Source: Trueperaceae bacterium (GTDB taxonomy: Bacteria > Deinococcota > Deinococci > Deinococcales > Trueperaceae). From it: a stretch of DNA of 64,000 bases. Below the pieces are notes generated by a model. It worked only from the letters and a program-made list of their open reading frames with translations, did no database searches and was not told the DNA's origin. Each line of letters starts with the position of its first letter. Position 1 is the first letter of the stretch. Position numbers and translations under genes: made by a program. The stretch covers positions 3,456,001 to 3,520,000 of the forward strand of contig CBDCDZ010000004.1 in NCBI GenBank assembly GCA_965215565.1, read 5' to 3'. Of the stretch, positions 28,101 through 38,944 are shown one piece after another.

Positions 28101-28372
28101 ATGAATAATACGAGGTTGCATGACTTTGTTTGCAAAACAAAGTCATGCCCATCTGTGATGGTAAGCTCTAACGCCCTCAGGAAGGATAAGTAATACTAAA
28201 GTGAAGTTTAGATGTCGTACTTTTGACATCTAAACCGCGCGTGAGCGCGTACCCTCAGACGCTCTCAATTTACAACATCCTTGAATCAGGTTAGTATAAG
28301 CTATACGACTCTGTATAAGAGGACGCCCGTAACGACGCCGAGCAGCGCACCCACCACGACCTGCCTCCTTCC

Positions 28373-29527
28373 TCACCCTCCGCCGAACGGTCCTCTAAGC
28401 GGTTGCAAGGGCGTGTTCTCGTCCGTCAAGCCGTAAGGGTAGAGGTCGTAGTTCGTCAGCTCGACGAACCCGTCACCCGTGTGGGAGCCCGTGAGGTCCA
28501 CCGCGCCCTCCCAGTAGACGATGCCCGTCGACGCCCGTGTGTCCATCTCCTGATTTTCGATCACGGGGACGACGTTCACGTCGATGTCATGTTTCGGCAC
28601 GCGCACGCGCCATTCAATAGGGTAGACCGCGCCCGTCGTCTCGCTCGTCCACGTTTTTCCTGTTTCGATGATCTCGAGGTCGTCCTCGCTGAGTTCTAAG
28701 GTGCGCCCGTCCGCCGTGATGAAGCTTCCTGCCTGCGCGGTGTACTCGCCATTAGGCATACGGATGAGGTAGACCATCAGTTCGGTGTTGTCGTCAAACT
28801 GCATACTGAACCAGTCCCAGCCCGCATAGCTGCTCAGATCGAAGTCGCCCCACTGGTGGTCGTGCCAGGCGGTCCCGGAGACCTCCAACGTCTTACACGC
28901 TAGCCCGGAAAAGTCGCAGTCCGCCTTGAGCGTGCCCGAGACCGCCATGCGCGTATACGAGACGTAGTAGCTCGTGCCGCCCGGTCCCATCGACTGGATG
29001 CCAGGCGGATCGCCGTGCAGAGCGGCGGGTTTCGTAGGGGTCAAGACGAGGTCGATTTCGTAGCCGCCCTCATTCGCCCTGACGCGGTGGCTCACGCCGT
29101 CCTCGGCGCGCTCAGCGCTCCAGCCTCCGACGAACACGTCAAGCTCGTCGCTGCTCGCGCCCGCTTCGTAACCCCAAAAGTCGGCGCGTTCGCCCATCGT
29201 AAAGGTCTCGTCCGTCTTGTCCGTCACGGCGAAGTGCCCGACGTGACCTCTATCTATAAGGTAGTAGACCGGGTAGAAGCCGAAAAGCTCGATTTCTGGC
29301 GGCGCGTACGCCTTGAAAAAGGTCAGCTCGAAGCCGTACTCTTCGCCTGATTCGTCCGTTAAGTGCCCCGTGTAGTACCACCACTCGATGGGCGCGGGGT
29401 GCGCGGCGTCGTCCTGGGGCAAGACTACCTCTTCCACTGGATAAGGTTCGTCGTAGACGCTCGGGACACAAGCGGTAAGCATCATCAGGGTGAGGGGGAC
29501 CGTCCACCATCTTGGGCGCATATTCAT
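28373..29527 (-). CDS. lipoprotein with AttH/CrtC-like lipocalin domains
   Basis: lipobox LTAC; EWWYYTG, SYYVSYTR, WHDHQW, GWDWF, YWEG. Confidence 0.85.
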   Translation of the reverse strand: MNMRPRWWTVPLTLMMLTACVPSVYDEPYPVEEVVLPQDDAAHPAPIEWWYYTGHLTDESGEEYGFELTFFKAYAPPEIELFGFYPVYYLIDRGHVGHFAVTDKTDETFTMGERADFWGYEAGASSDELDVFVGGWSAERAEDGVSHRVRANEGGYEIDLVLTPTKPAALHGDPPGIQSMGPGGTSYYVSYTRMAVSGTLKADCDFSGLACKTLEVSGTAWHDHQWGDFDLSSYAGWDWFSMQFDDNTELMVYLIRMPNGEYTAQAGSFITADGRTLELSEDDLEIIETGKTWTSETTGAVYPIEWRVRVPKHDIDVNVVPVIENQEMDTRASTGIVYWEGAVDLTGSHTGDGFVELTNYDLYPYGLTDENTPLQPLRGPFGGG

Positions 29528-29628
29528 AGTCCAAGGATACCCAATGGCGGCGCGCGGATTCGTAGTGGCAGGTTGCAGTCGTTGGGAGTTGAAAGAGAAA
29601 AGGACTGAGGTTAAAGTGTTTTAGTTGA

Positions 29629-29745
29629 GGTTCTAAGTCGAAGGCCGTCACACCCCTTCTGACGTCTCCATATAGATGAAGATGAACAAGGGATTGAAAC
29701 CTCTTGCTTTGACACCCCTATTATTCCAGATAGAGCCACTACCAA
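29629..29745 (-). mobile_element. family C element, second copy
   Basis: GGTTCTAAGTCGAA...AACAAGGGATTGAAACCTCTTGC...AGAGCCACTACCAA matches the reverse complement of 27273-27385. Confidence 0.75.
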
Positions 29746-29866
29746 GTCTTTTTCCCAGTTCCTCGAGTGACGAACTTCACTCTACGTCCACGAACTGTGG
29801 AGGTTCAACCTCTTGCGCGGGTACAATGCCCCTCGTGAATCTTTCTAACGCAAATCAAGAGGTCAA

Positions 29867-30898
29867 ATGATGAATAAGATGCTTTTACTGGTTCTCGCTG
29901 CCGCGCTGCTCGTCTCGGCGGGCATCTGGTTTCTCGTGCGGCCGGGAGTGGCGGGCTCGAGCGAGACAGCCGAGACGAGCGCCGAAACGAGTACCGAAAT
30001 GGGCGCTGAAGCCAGCCAAGAACAGGCAGGCGGCGCACAAGAAGAGATCAATAGGGAAACGGGCGGCTCGAGTGGCGGTATGACTAGCGGTATGTCCGGC
30101 GGTGAAGCGTCTGGTGGCGCACCTCAAGTCGACATCCCTGAAGGCTACACGCTCACGCCGTACCTCTCTGAGTCGCAGCAGCGCACCTTCTCCGAGCCGC
30201 AGCAGGTCTTGGAGGAGAACACCGACTACGCCGCCGTCATCCAGACGAACGAAGGCACGCTCGTCGCCGACTTGTACGAAGACAGAACGCCCGAGACCGT
30301 CAACAACTTCGTCTTTTTGGCGCGCAACCGCTTTTACGACGGCGTCGTCTTCCACCGTGTATTAGAAGACTTCATGGCGCAGACGGGTGACCCGACGGGC
30401 ACGGGTACGGGCGGACCCGGCTACGAGTTCGGCTTAGAGGTGCAAGAGGACCTCGGCTTCGATAAGGCGGGCGTTTTAGGGATGGCACGCACCGCTGACC
30501 CCGACTCGAACGGCTCGCAGTTCTTTATCACGTTGACAGGGACGCCGCACCTCAACGGCGAATACACGGTGTTTGGCGACGTCATAGAGGGCGTCGGCGT
30601 GCTCGACAACATCCAGCGCATCAACCCGCAGAATCCCGAAGTTGTGGTTCCGCTAACTACCAGCCTCGAGGACTTGAGCGCTCAAGGTATCAACCTTCCC
30701 GGCTCGAGCGACATGAGCGCCGAAGCTGCGATTACCGAAACGCTCGGCGCGACGCCCGCTTTCGGGCAAACCTTTCAAATTGCAGGCTATACCGGTGTGA
30801 TAGGGCGCAGCGGGCAAGATACTGTGATAGGGTTTTTCCCCAAGCCCGACGTGATGGAGACCGTTACGATCATCCAGCGTCCGGCGGGGAACAACTGA
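29867..30898 (+). CDS. membrane-anchored cyclophilin-type PPIase
   Basis: N-terminal TM, low-complexity linker, [21 protein letters not shown]. Confidence 0.92.
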   Translation: MMNKMLLLVLAAALLVSAGIWFLVRPGVAGSSETAETSAETSTEMGAEASQEQAGGAQEEINRETGGSSGGMTSGMSGGEASGGAPQVDIPEGYTLTPYLSESQQRTFSEPQQVLEENTDYAAVIQTNEGTLVADLYEDRTPETVNNFVFLARNRFYDGVVFHRVLEDFMAQTGDPTGTGTGGPGYEFGLEVQEDLGFDKAGVLGMARTADPDSNGSQFFITLTGTPHLNGEYTVFGDVIEGVGVLDNIQRINPQNPEVVVPLTTSLEDLSAQGINLPGSSDMSAEAAITETLGATPAFGQTFQIAGYTGVIGRSGQDTVIGFFPKPDVMETVTIIQRPAGNN

Positions 30899-30939
30899 AC
30901 TTCTAATAACTGCTATACAACCACCTAAAGGAGCCATAT

Positions 30940-31505
<566 letters not shown>

Positions 31506-31509
<4 letters not shown>

Positions 31510-32963
31510 TCCGCGCTGACGCTCTCACGTTCAATCTGCACGCCGCTGAGCGTGCCAAACTCCCGTTGCCTCGGCATCTGCCCTTCGCCCCAGTACATCG
31601 TCGTGTGCGGAAAGGGAATCTCGATGCTCTCGCGGTCGAAGCGGGCTTTGATGCGCTTACGAAACTCGCGCCCCACGCCCCACTGCTCTTTGGGCAGCGT
31701 CTTGAAGAGGATGCGGATAATGATACCGGACGCGCCTAGCGCCTCGACGCCCAAGACCTCGGGCGGTCCCATCACGCGCCAGCTCCAGCCGAGCGCGTCC
31801 GCGAAGTCGTCAGCTTCGTCCCTAATGACGGTGAGCGCGTGGTCGAGGTCGGTGCGGTACGCCACCTCGACATCGATGACGCTGCGCGACCACTCCTTGC
31901 TCATCACCGTAACCTTATCGACCTGACCGTTCGGGATAACGTGGACGCGCCCCTCTAAATCGCGCAAGGTGGTGATGCGCAGGTTGATCTTCTCGACGAG
32001 CCCTGTAAGCCCTGCGATGGTGACCACGTCGCCTACCCCGAACTGGTCTTCTACGAGGATGAAAAAGCCCGTGATCACGTCCTTGACGAGCGACTGTGCG
32101 CCGAACGAGACGGCTAAACCCAAGATACTCACACCTGCTAAGAGCGCGGTGATATTCGTGCCGAGCTGTCCCAAAACGAAGAGGATAAAGAGGGTGACGA
32201 GCACGATGCGCGCCGCCGACTCGACGACGCTGCGGATCGTTGCCGCCCGCGCCACCTGCCTTTCGAAGCGCTGTCCCTCGGTAGGCGTGAGCGCCCGCGC
32301 CGTCTTGCGCACGACGCGCAGCAGTGTCCAGATGATGAGCCCGACGACGAGGATGCTCAAAACGCGCCCGATACCGCCGTCCGCCAGCCAGTCGCGCACC
32401 GCCACCGCTATGCCGCGCAAGATAGGCACGTTGTAGCGAAAGGCGAAGAGACCTAAAAAGAGCGCCGCGCCGAGCCCCGCCGCCGCCGTCTCGAGGTAGC
32501 GCCGCAAGAGCACCGTGCGGACGCGCTCGGCGTCCCTGCGCTCTTGGTCCCACAGTTCGCGCTGTTCGATGGTGCGCAGCGAGGAGCGGCTCCAACGTGA
32601 GACGATAAAGTAGAGCATCAAAAAGAGCACCAAGGCGATGCCCGCGTCCGCCACAACTTGCAGCGTAAAGGCGACTGGATCGCTGCTCACCGTCGTCCCT
32701 AATTCGGTGATCCAGGTGGTGTCTTCGATCTCGTCGAACCAGGTGGGGTCACTGAACCAGGTGGACGCGGGGTCTGTCCCCGGTTCCGCCTCGCCGCCGA
32801 AGCCCGGCAAGCCTAATCCGTTTGTATCGCCCGCCGAACCGGACCCGGCTACGTCTGACCCGGCTGCGTCTGAGCTTGCCTCTGGCGTCGCATTGGAGAG
32901 TGGCGCTTCTGTTGTCGCCTCTGGTGGCGTTGCTTCTGGTGTTGTGGACGGTGTTACTGACAT
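31506..32963 (-). CDS. small-conductance mechanosensitive channel (MscS family)
   Basis: [35 protein letters not shown]. Confidence 0.93.
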
Positions 32964-33024
32964 GCCTTCACCTCAACCTTAGCGACTATGATGATCGCTT
33001 TAACTACGCACTTCTACCTCTTAT

Positions 33025-33088
33025 ACGGATTCCGGGTGAATCCACTACAAAATGCATTCGCAGGATGGCGTTACTCACCGGAATCCGT
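33025..33088. repeat. inverted-repeat element ACGGATTCCGG...CCGGAATCCGT
   Basis: about 14-bp terminal IR enclosing a ~35-nt spacer; single copy in the window. Confidence 0.6.
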
Positions 33089-33295
33089 CGCTGTTTCTAC
33101 TCGCTAGAGAGCCATCAGCAGGGCGTATCATGCCGTCAGCACTACCCATTGCGTCTATGATCAGATGCTACCTGCTGCTGAAGGCTCTTTGCTCGGGTTA
33201 ATTCTTTTAGGAATTAACCGGAAAGGGTATTACACACCAAGCGTATAATGCGCATTTGAGGATTCACTGTGAAAGGGCTATCTTTCCCCTTTAGC

Positions 33296-34312
33296 CTACT
33301 CGCCCATGTGCGCGACTTCACGCTTAGACGCGCTCAGCACCTCCAGCCCGGCGGCAATCTTCTCGGCGAGCTGCGCGTCCACGGCTCGCCGCGCCGTATG
33401 GAGTGCGCTTAGTACCGCTTTCGCGTCGGCGGAGCCGTGACCGATGAAAGCGTGACCACGGATGCCCAAAAGAGGTTGCGCGCCGTACTCGGAGGGGTCA
33501 AGCCGCGCCGCCACCCCTTTAAGTGCAGGTTTGACCAGAGCCGCGCCGAGCTTCGTGAAGAGGTTGCCGCCCGTAAGCCCCTCGCGCAACCAGCCGAAAA
33601 TCGCCTTCGCCTCACCCTCCGCTAGCTTGAGCATAACGTTGCCCGTGAAGCCGTCCGTCACGACGACGTCGGTAGTGCCCTGCAAGAGGTCGCGCCCCTC
33701 GACGTTGCCGTGAAAATTGATGTTGGGCGTCTCTTTGAGGAGCCCGTGGGCTGCGCGGGTGAGTTCGTTGCCCTTCTCCTCCTCTTCGCCAATCGACATG
33801 AGCCCCACACTCGGCTCCGCTTTGTTGTAAAAAGCGCGTGCATAAACCGAACCCATCACCGCAAACTGTTGAAGGTGCGCCGGACGGCAGTCGGCGTTCG
33901 CGCCCGCGTCTACGAGCGCCGAAAAGCCGTCGCCTGCCGGAATATTGGCGAGAATCGCCGGGCGCTCCACCCCTTTGAGACGCCCCAAGACGAGCAGCGC
34001 CGCCGCCATCGTCGCGCCGGAATGCCCCATCGAGACGCACGCCGACGCCTCGCCCTCTTTGACCAGAGTCACCGCTTTCATGATGCTCGAGTCCCTTCTC
34101 CGCCGCACGTCGGACGCCGCGTCGTTCATCGTCATCACGTCGCCCGCGTGGTGAACCGGCAACTCGCCGCGCCCACCTAAGACCTCTCGCAACTTCGCCT
34201 CATCGCCCACTAAAACAACAGGAATACCCGCCTCGTGCGCTGCAAGCGCCCCATCTACGGCCGCCTCCGGCATTGCGTCCCCGCCCATCGCATCTAACGC
34301 TATCGGTTTCAT
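33296..34312 (-). CDS. plsX: phosphate acyltransferase
   Basis: IALDAMGGD, ERPA, DAGANAD, GEEEEKG, TDGFTGN, HGS. Confidence 0.97.
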   Translation of the reverse strand: MKPIALDAMGGDAMPEAAVDGALAAHEAGIPVVLVGDEAKLREVLGGRGELPVHHAGDVMTMNDAASDVRRRRDSSIMKAVTLVKEGEASACVSMGHSGATMAAALLVLGRLKGVERPAILANIPAGDGFSALVDAGANADCRPAHLQQFAVMGSVYARAFYNKAEPSVGLMSIGEEEEKGNELTRAAHGLLKETPNINFHGNVEGRDLLQGTTDVVVTDGFTGNVMLKLAEGEAKAIFGWLREGLTGGNLFTKLGAALVKPALKGVAARLDPSEYGAQPLLGIRGHAFIGHGSADAKAVLSALHTARRAVDAQLAEKIAAGLEVLSASKREVAHMGE

Positions 34313-34355
34313 TGCGTCTCAGTATAAATGGAGTGGGTGGGGTTTGGCTATCAGG

Positions 34356-34437
34356 GAGCAATGAGCAACGAGCAATGAGTTGAAAGTAGAAAGACTTTGA
34401 TTTTCACTCATTGCTCGTTGCTCGGAACTCATTGCTA
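34356..34437. repeat. family B heptamer palindrome without the 46-bp insert (empty site)
   Basis: GAGCAAT GAGCAAC GAGCAAT GAG ... CTCATTG CTCGTTG CTC. Confidence 0.85.
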
Positions 34438-34493
34438 CTTCATCCGCCGCTGCTTTTCACCGTTTTTCACCCTTTCGCGGTAGACTCGCTTCA

Positions 34494-35441
34494 ATGGACT
34501 TTCGTGTTTTCGAAGCGCCCGCAGGGGAACGGCTGGACGTGGCGATTTCTTTAGAGCTAGAAACGAGCCGCACCTACGCCAAAGAACTCGTCAACGAGGG
34601 CTACGTGCAACTGAACGGGCAACCCGTCGCCAAACCCGCCACCAAACTCTCAGGCGCAGAACTCGTCTCGGTGATGCTGCCGCCTCCCAAGCCGATGATG
34701 GTCGAGCCCGAAGAGGTTGACTTGGACATCATCTACGAAGACGACGACCTCATCGCCATCAACAAGCCCCCCGGTATGACCGCGCACCCCACCGCCTCAC
34801 TGCGCACGGGCACCGTGGTCAACGCCCTTCTGGGCCGCGTCGAACTCGCAAAAGATAAGTCCTTTGACCCCGAAGCCGAAGACTACCGCCCCGGCATCGT
34901 CCACCGCTTAGACAAAGAGACTTCGGGCGTCATGGTCATCGCCAAGCGCGACGAAGCGCATCGCCATATCTCCAAATCATTCAAAAAGCGTTTGACGGAG
35001 AAAGAGTACATCGCCATCGCCATAGGTAAGCTGGACGATGACCTCTATATGGACGGACCCATCGGAAGGCATCCCGTCCACGGGCGCAAGATGATGGTCG
35101 GGGGCAACAACCCGAGGAGCGCGACGACGTACTTTCGGGTGTTGGCTAGGGCGAACAACTACCTCTTGGTGAGGGCGAAGCCGCATACAGGACGAACCCA
35201 TCAAATCCGCGTGCATTTGGCGCACTTAGGCGCACCCATCTTAGGGGACGGTGTTTACGGAAAGGGGGCGTCTTACATCTCCCGCCACGCCCTGCACGCG
35301 CACCGCCTTACGCTGCCGCACCCGCAGGACAATCAAGCGATCACCTTTTCCGCGCAGGTCCCGCCCGACATGGTCGAGGCGTGGCTTAGGGTGGGCGGCA
35401 CGTGGCCGCCCACCGAAGAGGTTGCTGAAGATATCCTCTAA
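34494..35441 (+). CDS. rluD: RluA-family pseudouridine synthase with S4 domain (RluD-like)
   Basis: RLD S4, NKPPG, GIVHRLDKETSG, TGRTHQIRVH. Confidence 0.92.
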   Translation: MDFRVFEAPAGERLDVAISLELETSRTYAKELVNEGYVQLNGQPVAKPATKLSGAELVSVMLPPPKPMMVEPEEVDLDIIYEDDDLIAINKPPGMTAHPTASLRTGTVVNALLGRVELAKDKSFDPEAEDYRPGIVHRLDKETSGVMVIAKRDEAHRHISKSFKKRLTEKEYIAIAIGKLDDDLYMDGPIGRHPVHGRKMMVGGNNPRSATTYFRVLARANNYLLVRAKPHTGRTHQIRVHLAHLGAPILGDGVYGKGASYISRHALHAHRLTLPHPQDNQAITFSAQVPPDMVEAWLRVGGTWPPTEEVAEDIL

Positions 35442-35552
35442 GGCTCACGCTGCGGCTCAGCGACACGTTCGTAACCTGCAAAGGGAGAAGAGTGCTATGC
35501 GGTGCTCGTTTGGGTGATGAGGCTGGCTAGCTCGAGCGTTGCACTAGGAGCG

Positions 35553-36110
35553 CTAGCTACGCAACCACGCCTCTGAGTCACCGGGAAATGCGAGCGGACT
35601 CAGTGGTTCGCTGAAGTTTAGGGCGAATGAGGTTTTGTACGCGCCCGCGCCCGGTTCGCGGTAGACCTCGAGCAACTCTCCGTTAAGGTCAACAATCCAC
35701 ACCTCTTGCACACCGTTACGGGCGTAGATAGCAAGCTTAGCGCGGTCATACGCTAGAGAGGTTTGCGCCACCTCGACGACGAGCAAGATGTCTTCTGGTT
35801 CAGGATTTGCGTTTGCGTAGTAGTCAGCTTTAGGCACTAGAAGCGCTAAGTCGGGTTCCGGCATAGACGCGCCTAAGCGTACCGAGGACTGGTTCCAGAC
35901 GAGTGCGCGTGAGTCAAACGTCAATACAAAACGTCGATTGAGGCGAGCTACCGCTGCGCCGTGAGAAGGTCCAGTAGGCGACATATGGTAAATCTCCCCC
36001 TCGAGGAGTTCGACGCGCTCATCCTCGCCGAAGAAGTCAAGCTCCACAAGACGCAGAAATTCATTGGTTGTGAAGGTGTGTTTGGGTGCGCCTACTACCA
36101 TAGATTCCAT
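35553..36110 (-). CDS. Uma2 family endonuclease
   Basis: RVELLEGEI..MSP..H, PEPD, LVVEVA, K..YA..GV.E.WIVD. Confidence 0.93.
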   Translation of the reverse strand: MESMVVGAPKHTFTTNEFLRLVELDFFGEDERVELLEGEIYHMSPTGPSHGAAVARLNRRFVLTFDSRALVWNQSSVRLGASMPEPDLALLVPKADYYANANPEPEDILLVVEVAQTSLAYDRAKLAIYARNGVQEVWIVDLNGELLEVYREPGAGAYKTSFALNFSEPLSPLAFPGDSEAWLRS

Positions 36111-36111
36111 T

Positions 36112-36556
36112 CTACTTCATCAAAGACTCGAGCCTACCCCCAAGCCAGTGCACCTCTAACCCGACAGCTCGAGCCAACTGCGCCTGCTGCTTATCGTTCG
36201 TTACAAAACCGCGTGTCCCGTAGCGTAAACAGCTTGCGACGTGCAATGCGTCAAGTGTGCGGCTCGGCTTACTTGTACTGCTCAGAATTCGGATCGTCTC
36301 ATTGAGCACATCTTGACTTAGCTCCAAACGTCGCGGCGTTTGAGAAAGGTCAGTACGCGCCCGCTCAAAAATACGCGCCGCTTGTTCAGCGCTGAGAACT
36401 CCCTCTCGCTCGTACCTAGAGAGCCCGGAACGCAGTTCGACGAGTAACGGAAGTAACGAGTTGTCCGAAGTCTCGAGCCAAAGCCGCTTGCGCCGCTTCG
36501 GAAGCTGGCTCGCTGAGATAGAGCGGCAAAATAGCGCTCGTATCAAAGTACCTAAT
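36112..36556 (-). pseudogene. vapC: frameshifted VapC-like PIN toxin
   Basis: YFDTSAILPLYLSEPASEAA lies in a different frame from VELRSGLSR...RTLDALHVA...FVTNDKQQ; shift near 36445-36460. Confidence 0.8.
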
Positions 36557-36773
36557 AACGCTCGCCTTGTCGCGCTTCTAAAACTACGCTCGTCTCGACT
36601 TGCACGCCTAGCGAGTTTCTAAAGGACTCTAACCCTTCAATGTCAATCGCCTCAACGTTAGCGGCGTCTTCCGGTGGGATGCGTTCGACTAGGCGGAGGA
36701 GGGTCTCTAACGCCTTATCGTCCAAAGCGTGCAGGTGTTCGGTGAGTTTCTCGAGGGTTTGTTGGCGGGTCAT
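36552..36773 (-). CDS. putative antitoxin
   Basis: 73 aa, AAAGGA SD, ends LEARQGERY overlapping the PIN N-terminus. Confidence 0.7.
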   Translation of the reverse strand: MTRQQTLEKLTEHLHALDDKALETLLRLVERIPPEDAANVEAIDIEGLESFRNSLGVQVETSVVLEARQGERY

Positions 36774-36798
36774 GAGGTCCTTTCCAGGCTTTTAGTTT

Positions 36799-37482
36799 TC
36801 AGTTCGTTAGTCCAGGAATCTTTATATTGGAGAGCAAAGGAATTTTATCCATAACGAACTTCCACACATCGCTTACGTTCTCAGGGCTGATAACTTGACG
36901 CAGAATCAGATTTGCAATTGCTCCCCCGATTGCTCGGACAAACACGCCCTTTTTTGTGTCTGCAACAGCCTCTTTCAATAACGATAGCTCCGCCTCGACT
37001 TCCGCTAATCGCTCAGCTAAATTATCGGTAGCTTCCTCGTTACTACTCTCAAGTTCAAAGATACGTGCTTGAATATCCTCTAAAATCTGAACTGCTTTAT
37101 CTTGTTCTTCTTGTGCTAATGGTTCGTTATCGGTTGCTTCTAAAATGTAAGTATCTTGTTGCTTCGAGAATTCTTCCCATAGGTCAGGTTCGTTTTTCTC
37201 TTCTATTAGGGCAGGTATCCAGTCTTTTATGTAGTTAAATGTAGCTTCGAAATCATCTACAGACTTGTTGTCTCTGATTGAATCTTTTCCTGGATAGAAT
37301 CCTATTACGTGATTATACGAAGATGACCTTACTTCAAAGAAATACGCAGAACCTTTATAGCGAATGGTGTAGTGATTTTCGTAACGAGTGAACGAACTTG
37401 AGAAATTGTTAAAGTTCAAGTAATGCGAATCGCAAACTTCTTTTAATACTGCGGCTATCTGGTTTCTGTGCTTTTGCCTCAC
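36799..37482 (-). CDS. low-GC hypothetical protein
   Basis: 227-aa ORF, visibly more AT-rich than its neighbours. Confidence 0.75.
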   Translation of the reverse strand: MRQKHRNQIAAVLKEVCDSHYLNFNNFSSSFTRYENHYTIRYKGSAYFFEVRSSSYNHVIGFYPGKDSIRDNKSVDDFEATFNYIKDWIPALIEEKNEPDLWEEFSKQQDTYILEATDNEPLAQEEQDKAVQILEDIQARIFELESSNEEATDNLAERLAEVEAELSLLKEAVADTKKGVFVRAIGGAIANLILRQVISPENVSDVWKFVMDKIPLLSNIKIPGLTN

Positions 37483-37504
37483 AACGCTACTTTACCTCAA
37501 TATT

Positions 37505-38944
37505 TCAAACCGCCACCAACCCCTCCTCCACTTCCTCCTCCGGCACCCCCGCCGGATACGCCCCACTAAAACAAGCCAAACAGGTCCGCGTCAGCCCAAT
37601 CGCCCTCGAGAGACCCGCTTCGGAGATAAACGCCAGCGAATCCGCCCCGATGCGCTCACAAATTTCCTCCACGCTCATCGTCGCCGCCGCAAGCTCTTTA
37701 CGCGCCGCCGTGTCAATGCCGTAGTAGCAGGGGTATTTGATGGGCGGCGAGGAGACGCGGAAATGAACCTCTTTCGCCCCGGCGTCACGCAAAAGCTGAA
37801 CGATGCGCCCCGAGGTCGTCCCGCGCACGATGGAGTCGTCTACCAGGACGACGCGCTTACCTCTTACTGAGGCAGTGGGCGCGAGCTTGAGTTTGACCTT
37901 GAGGTCGCGTAGCCTTTGGGTGGGGTTGATAAAGGTGCGCCCCGCGTAAGGGGATTTGTAGAGCCCCAAGTCGAAGGGGATGCCGGACGCGCGAGCGTAC
38001 CCAATCGCCGCTGGTAAGCCCGACTCCGGCACGCCAACCACAACGTCGGCGTCGGTGGGGGACTCGGCAGCTAAGACTTCGCCCATGCGGACCCTCGAGG
38101 CGTGAACGTCCGCCCCGTCAAGCGCCCCGTCCCCTCTCGCAAAGTAAATCCACTCGAAGGCGCAGGGCGTCGGAACAGGCTCTAAAACCTGCTTTGAATG
38201 CAAGCCCGCGTCGTCCGCCACGACGAGTTCACCCGGTCTCACGTCGCGCAGGTATGACGCGCCGATGACATGCAGCGCCGAGACCTCCGAGGCGAAGACG
38301 TAGCCGCCGTCTAGTTCACCGATAACAAGAGGTCGCACCCCGTTGGCGTCGCGCAGCCCGATGATTTTGGTCTTGTCCATGATGACGACGGCAAAGCCAC
38401 CCTCGAGTTCCTCCATCACCTGCGCGGTGGCATCTTCCAAAGAGAGTTGGCTGTAGCGGGCGATAAGGTTGATCATCACCTCGCTGTCGTTGGTGGTCTG
38501 AAAGACCGCACCCGCGTCCAACATCTCGGCGCGAATCCGCTTGGCGTTGGTAAAGTTGCCGTTGTGGGCGAGCGCAAGGAGCCCTTTGTTCGAGCGCACC
38601 GTCAGCGGTTGGGCGTTGAAGCGGAGGGATGAGCCCGTTGTTGAATATCGCGTGTGTCCAATGCCTGTGCGCATGTCAGGTAGCCGCAACTTCTCGATGC
38701 GCTCCTCCGTGAAGACCTCTGCGACGAGCCCCATGTCCTTCTCGATGACGATGTCCTCACCGTTCGAGACGCAGATGCCGCACGATTCCTGACCTCTATG
38801 TTGCAGCGCGAAAACCCCCAAGTGACAAAGCGCGGCGACGTCGGCGGGCTCGGGCAAATGGACGGCGAAGACGCCGCACTCTTCGCGGGGCTTGTCACCA
38901 TCAATATCTGGGTCTATACCGTCATAAATATCAAGGGGAATCAT
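37505..38944 (-). CDS. purF: amidophosphoribosyltransferase
   Basis: EECGVF propeptide site, LQHRGQE, GHTRYST, VDDSIVRGTT. Confidence 0.98.
   Translation of the reverse strand: MIPLDIYDGIDPDIDGDKPREECGVFAVHLPEPADVAALCHLGVFALQHRGQESCGICVSNGEDIVIEKDMGLVAEVFTEERIEKLRLPDMRTGIGHTRYSTTGSSLRFNAQPLTVRSNKGLLALAHNGNFTNAKRIRAEMLDAGAVFQTTNDSEVMINLIARYSQLSLEDATAQVMEELEGGFAVVIMDKTKIIGLRDANGVRPLVIGELDGGYVFASEVSALHVIGASYLRDVRPGELVVADDAGLHSKQVLEPVPTPCAFEWIYFARGDGALDGADVHASRVRMGEVLAAESPTDADVVVGVPESGLPAAIGYARASGIPFDLGLYKSPYAGRTFINPTQRLRDLKVKLKLAPTASVRGKRVVLVDDSIVRGTTSGRIVQLLRDAGAKEVHFRVSSPPIKYPCYYGIDTAARKELAAATMSVEEICERIGADSLAFISEAGLSRAIGLTRTCLACFSGAYPAGVPEEEVEEGLVAV

Noticed and set aside
31915..32595. Long alternative-frame and antisense ORFs (also 25372..25998, 22617..23225 and others)
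   Set aside because: Shadow ORFs of well-supported genes, expected in GC-rich DNA
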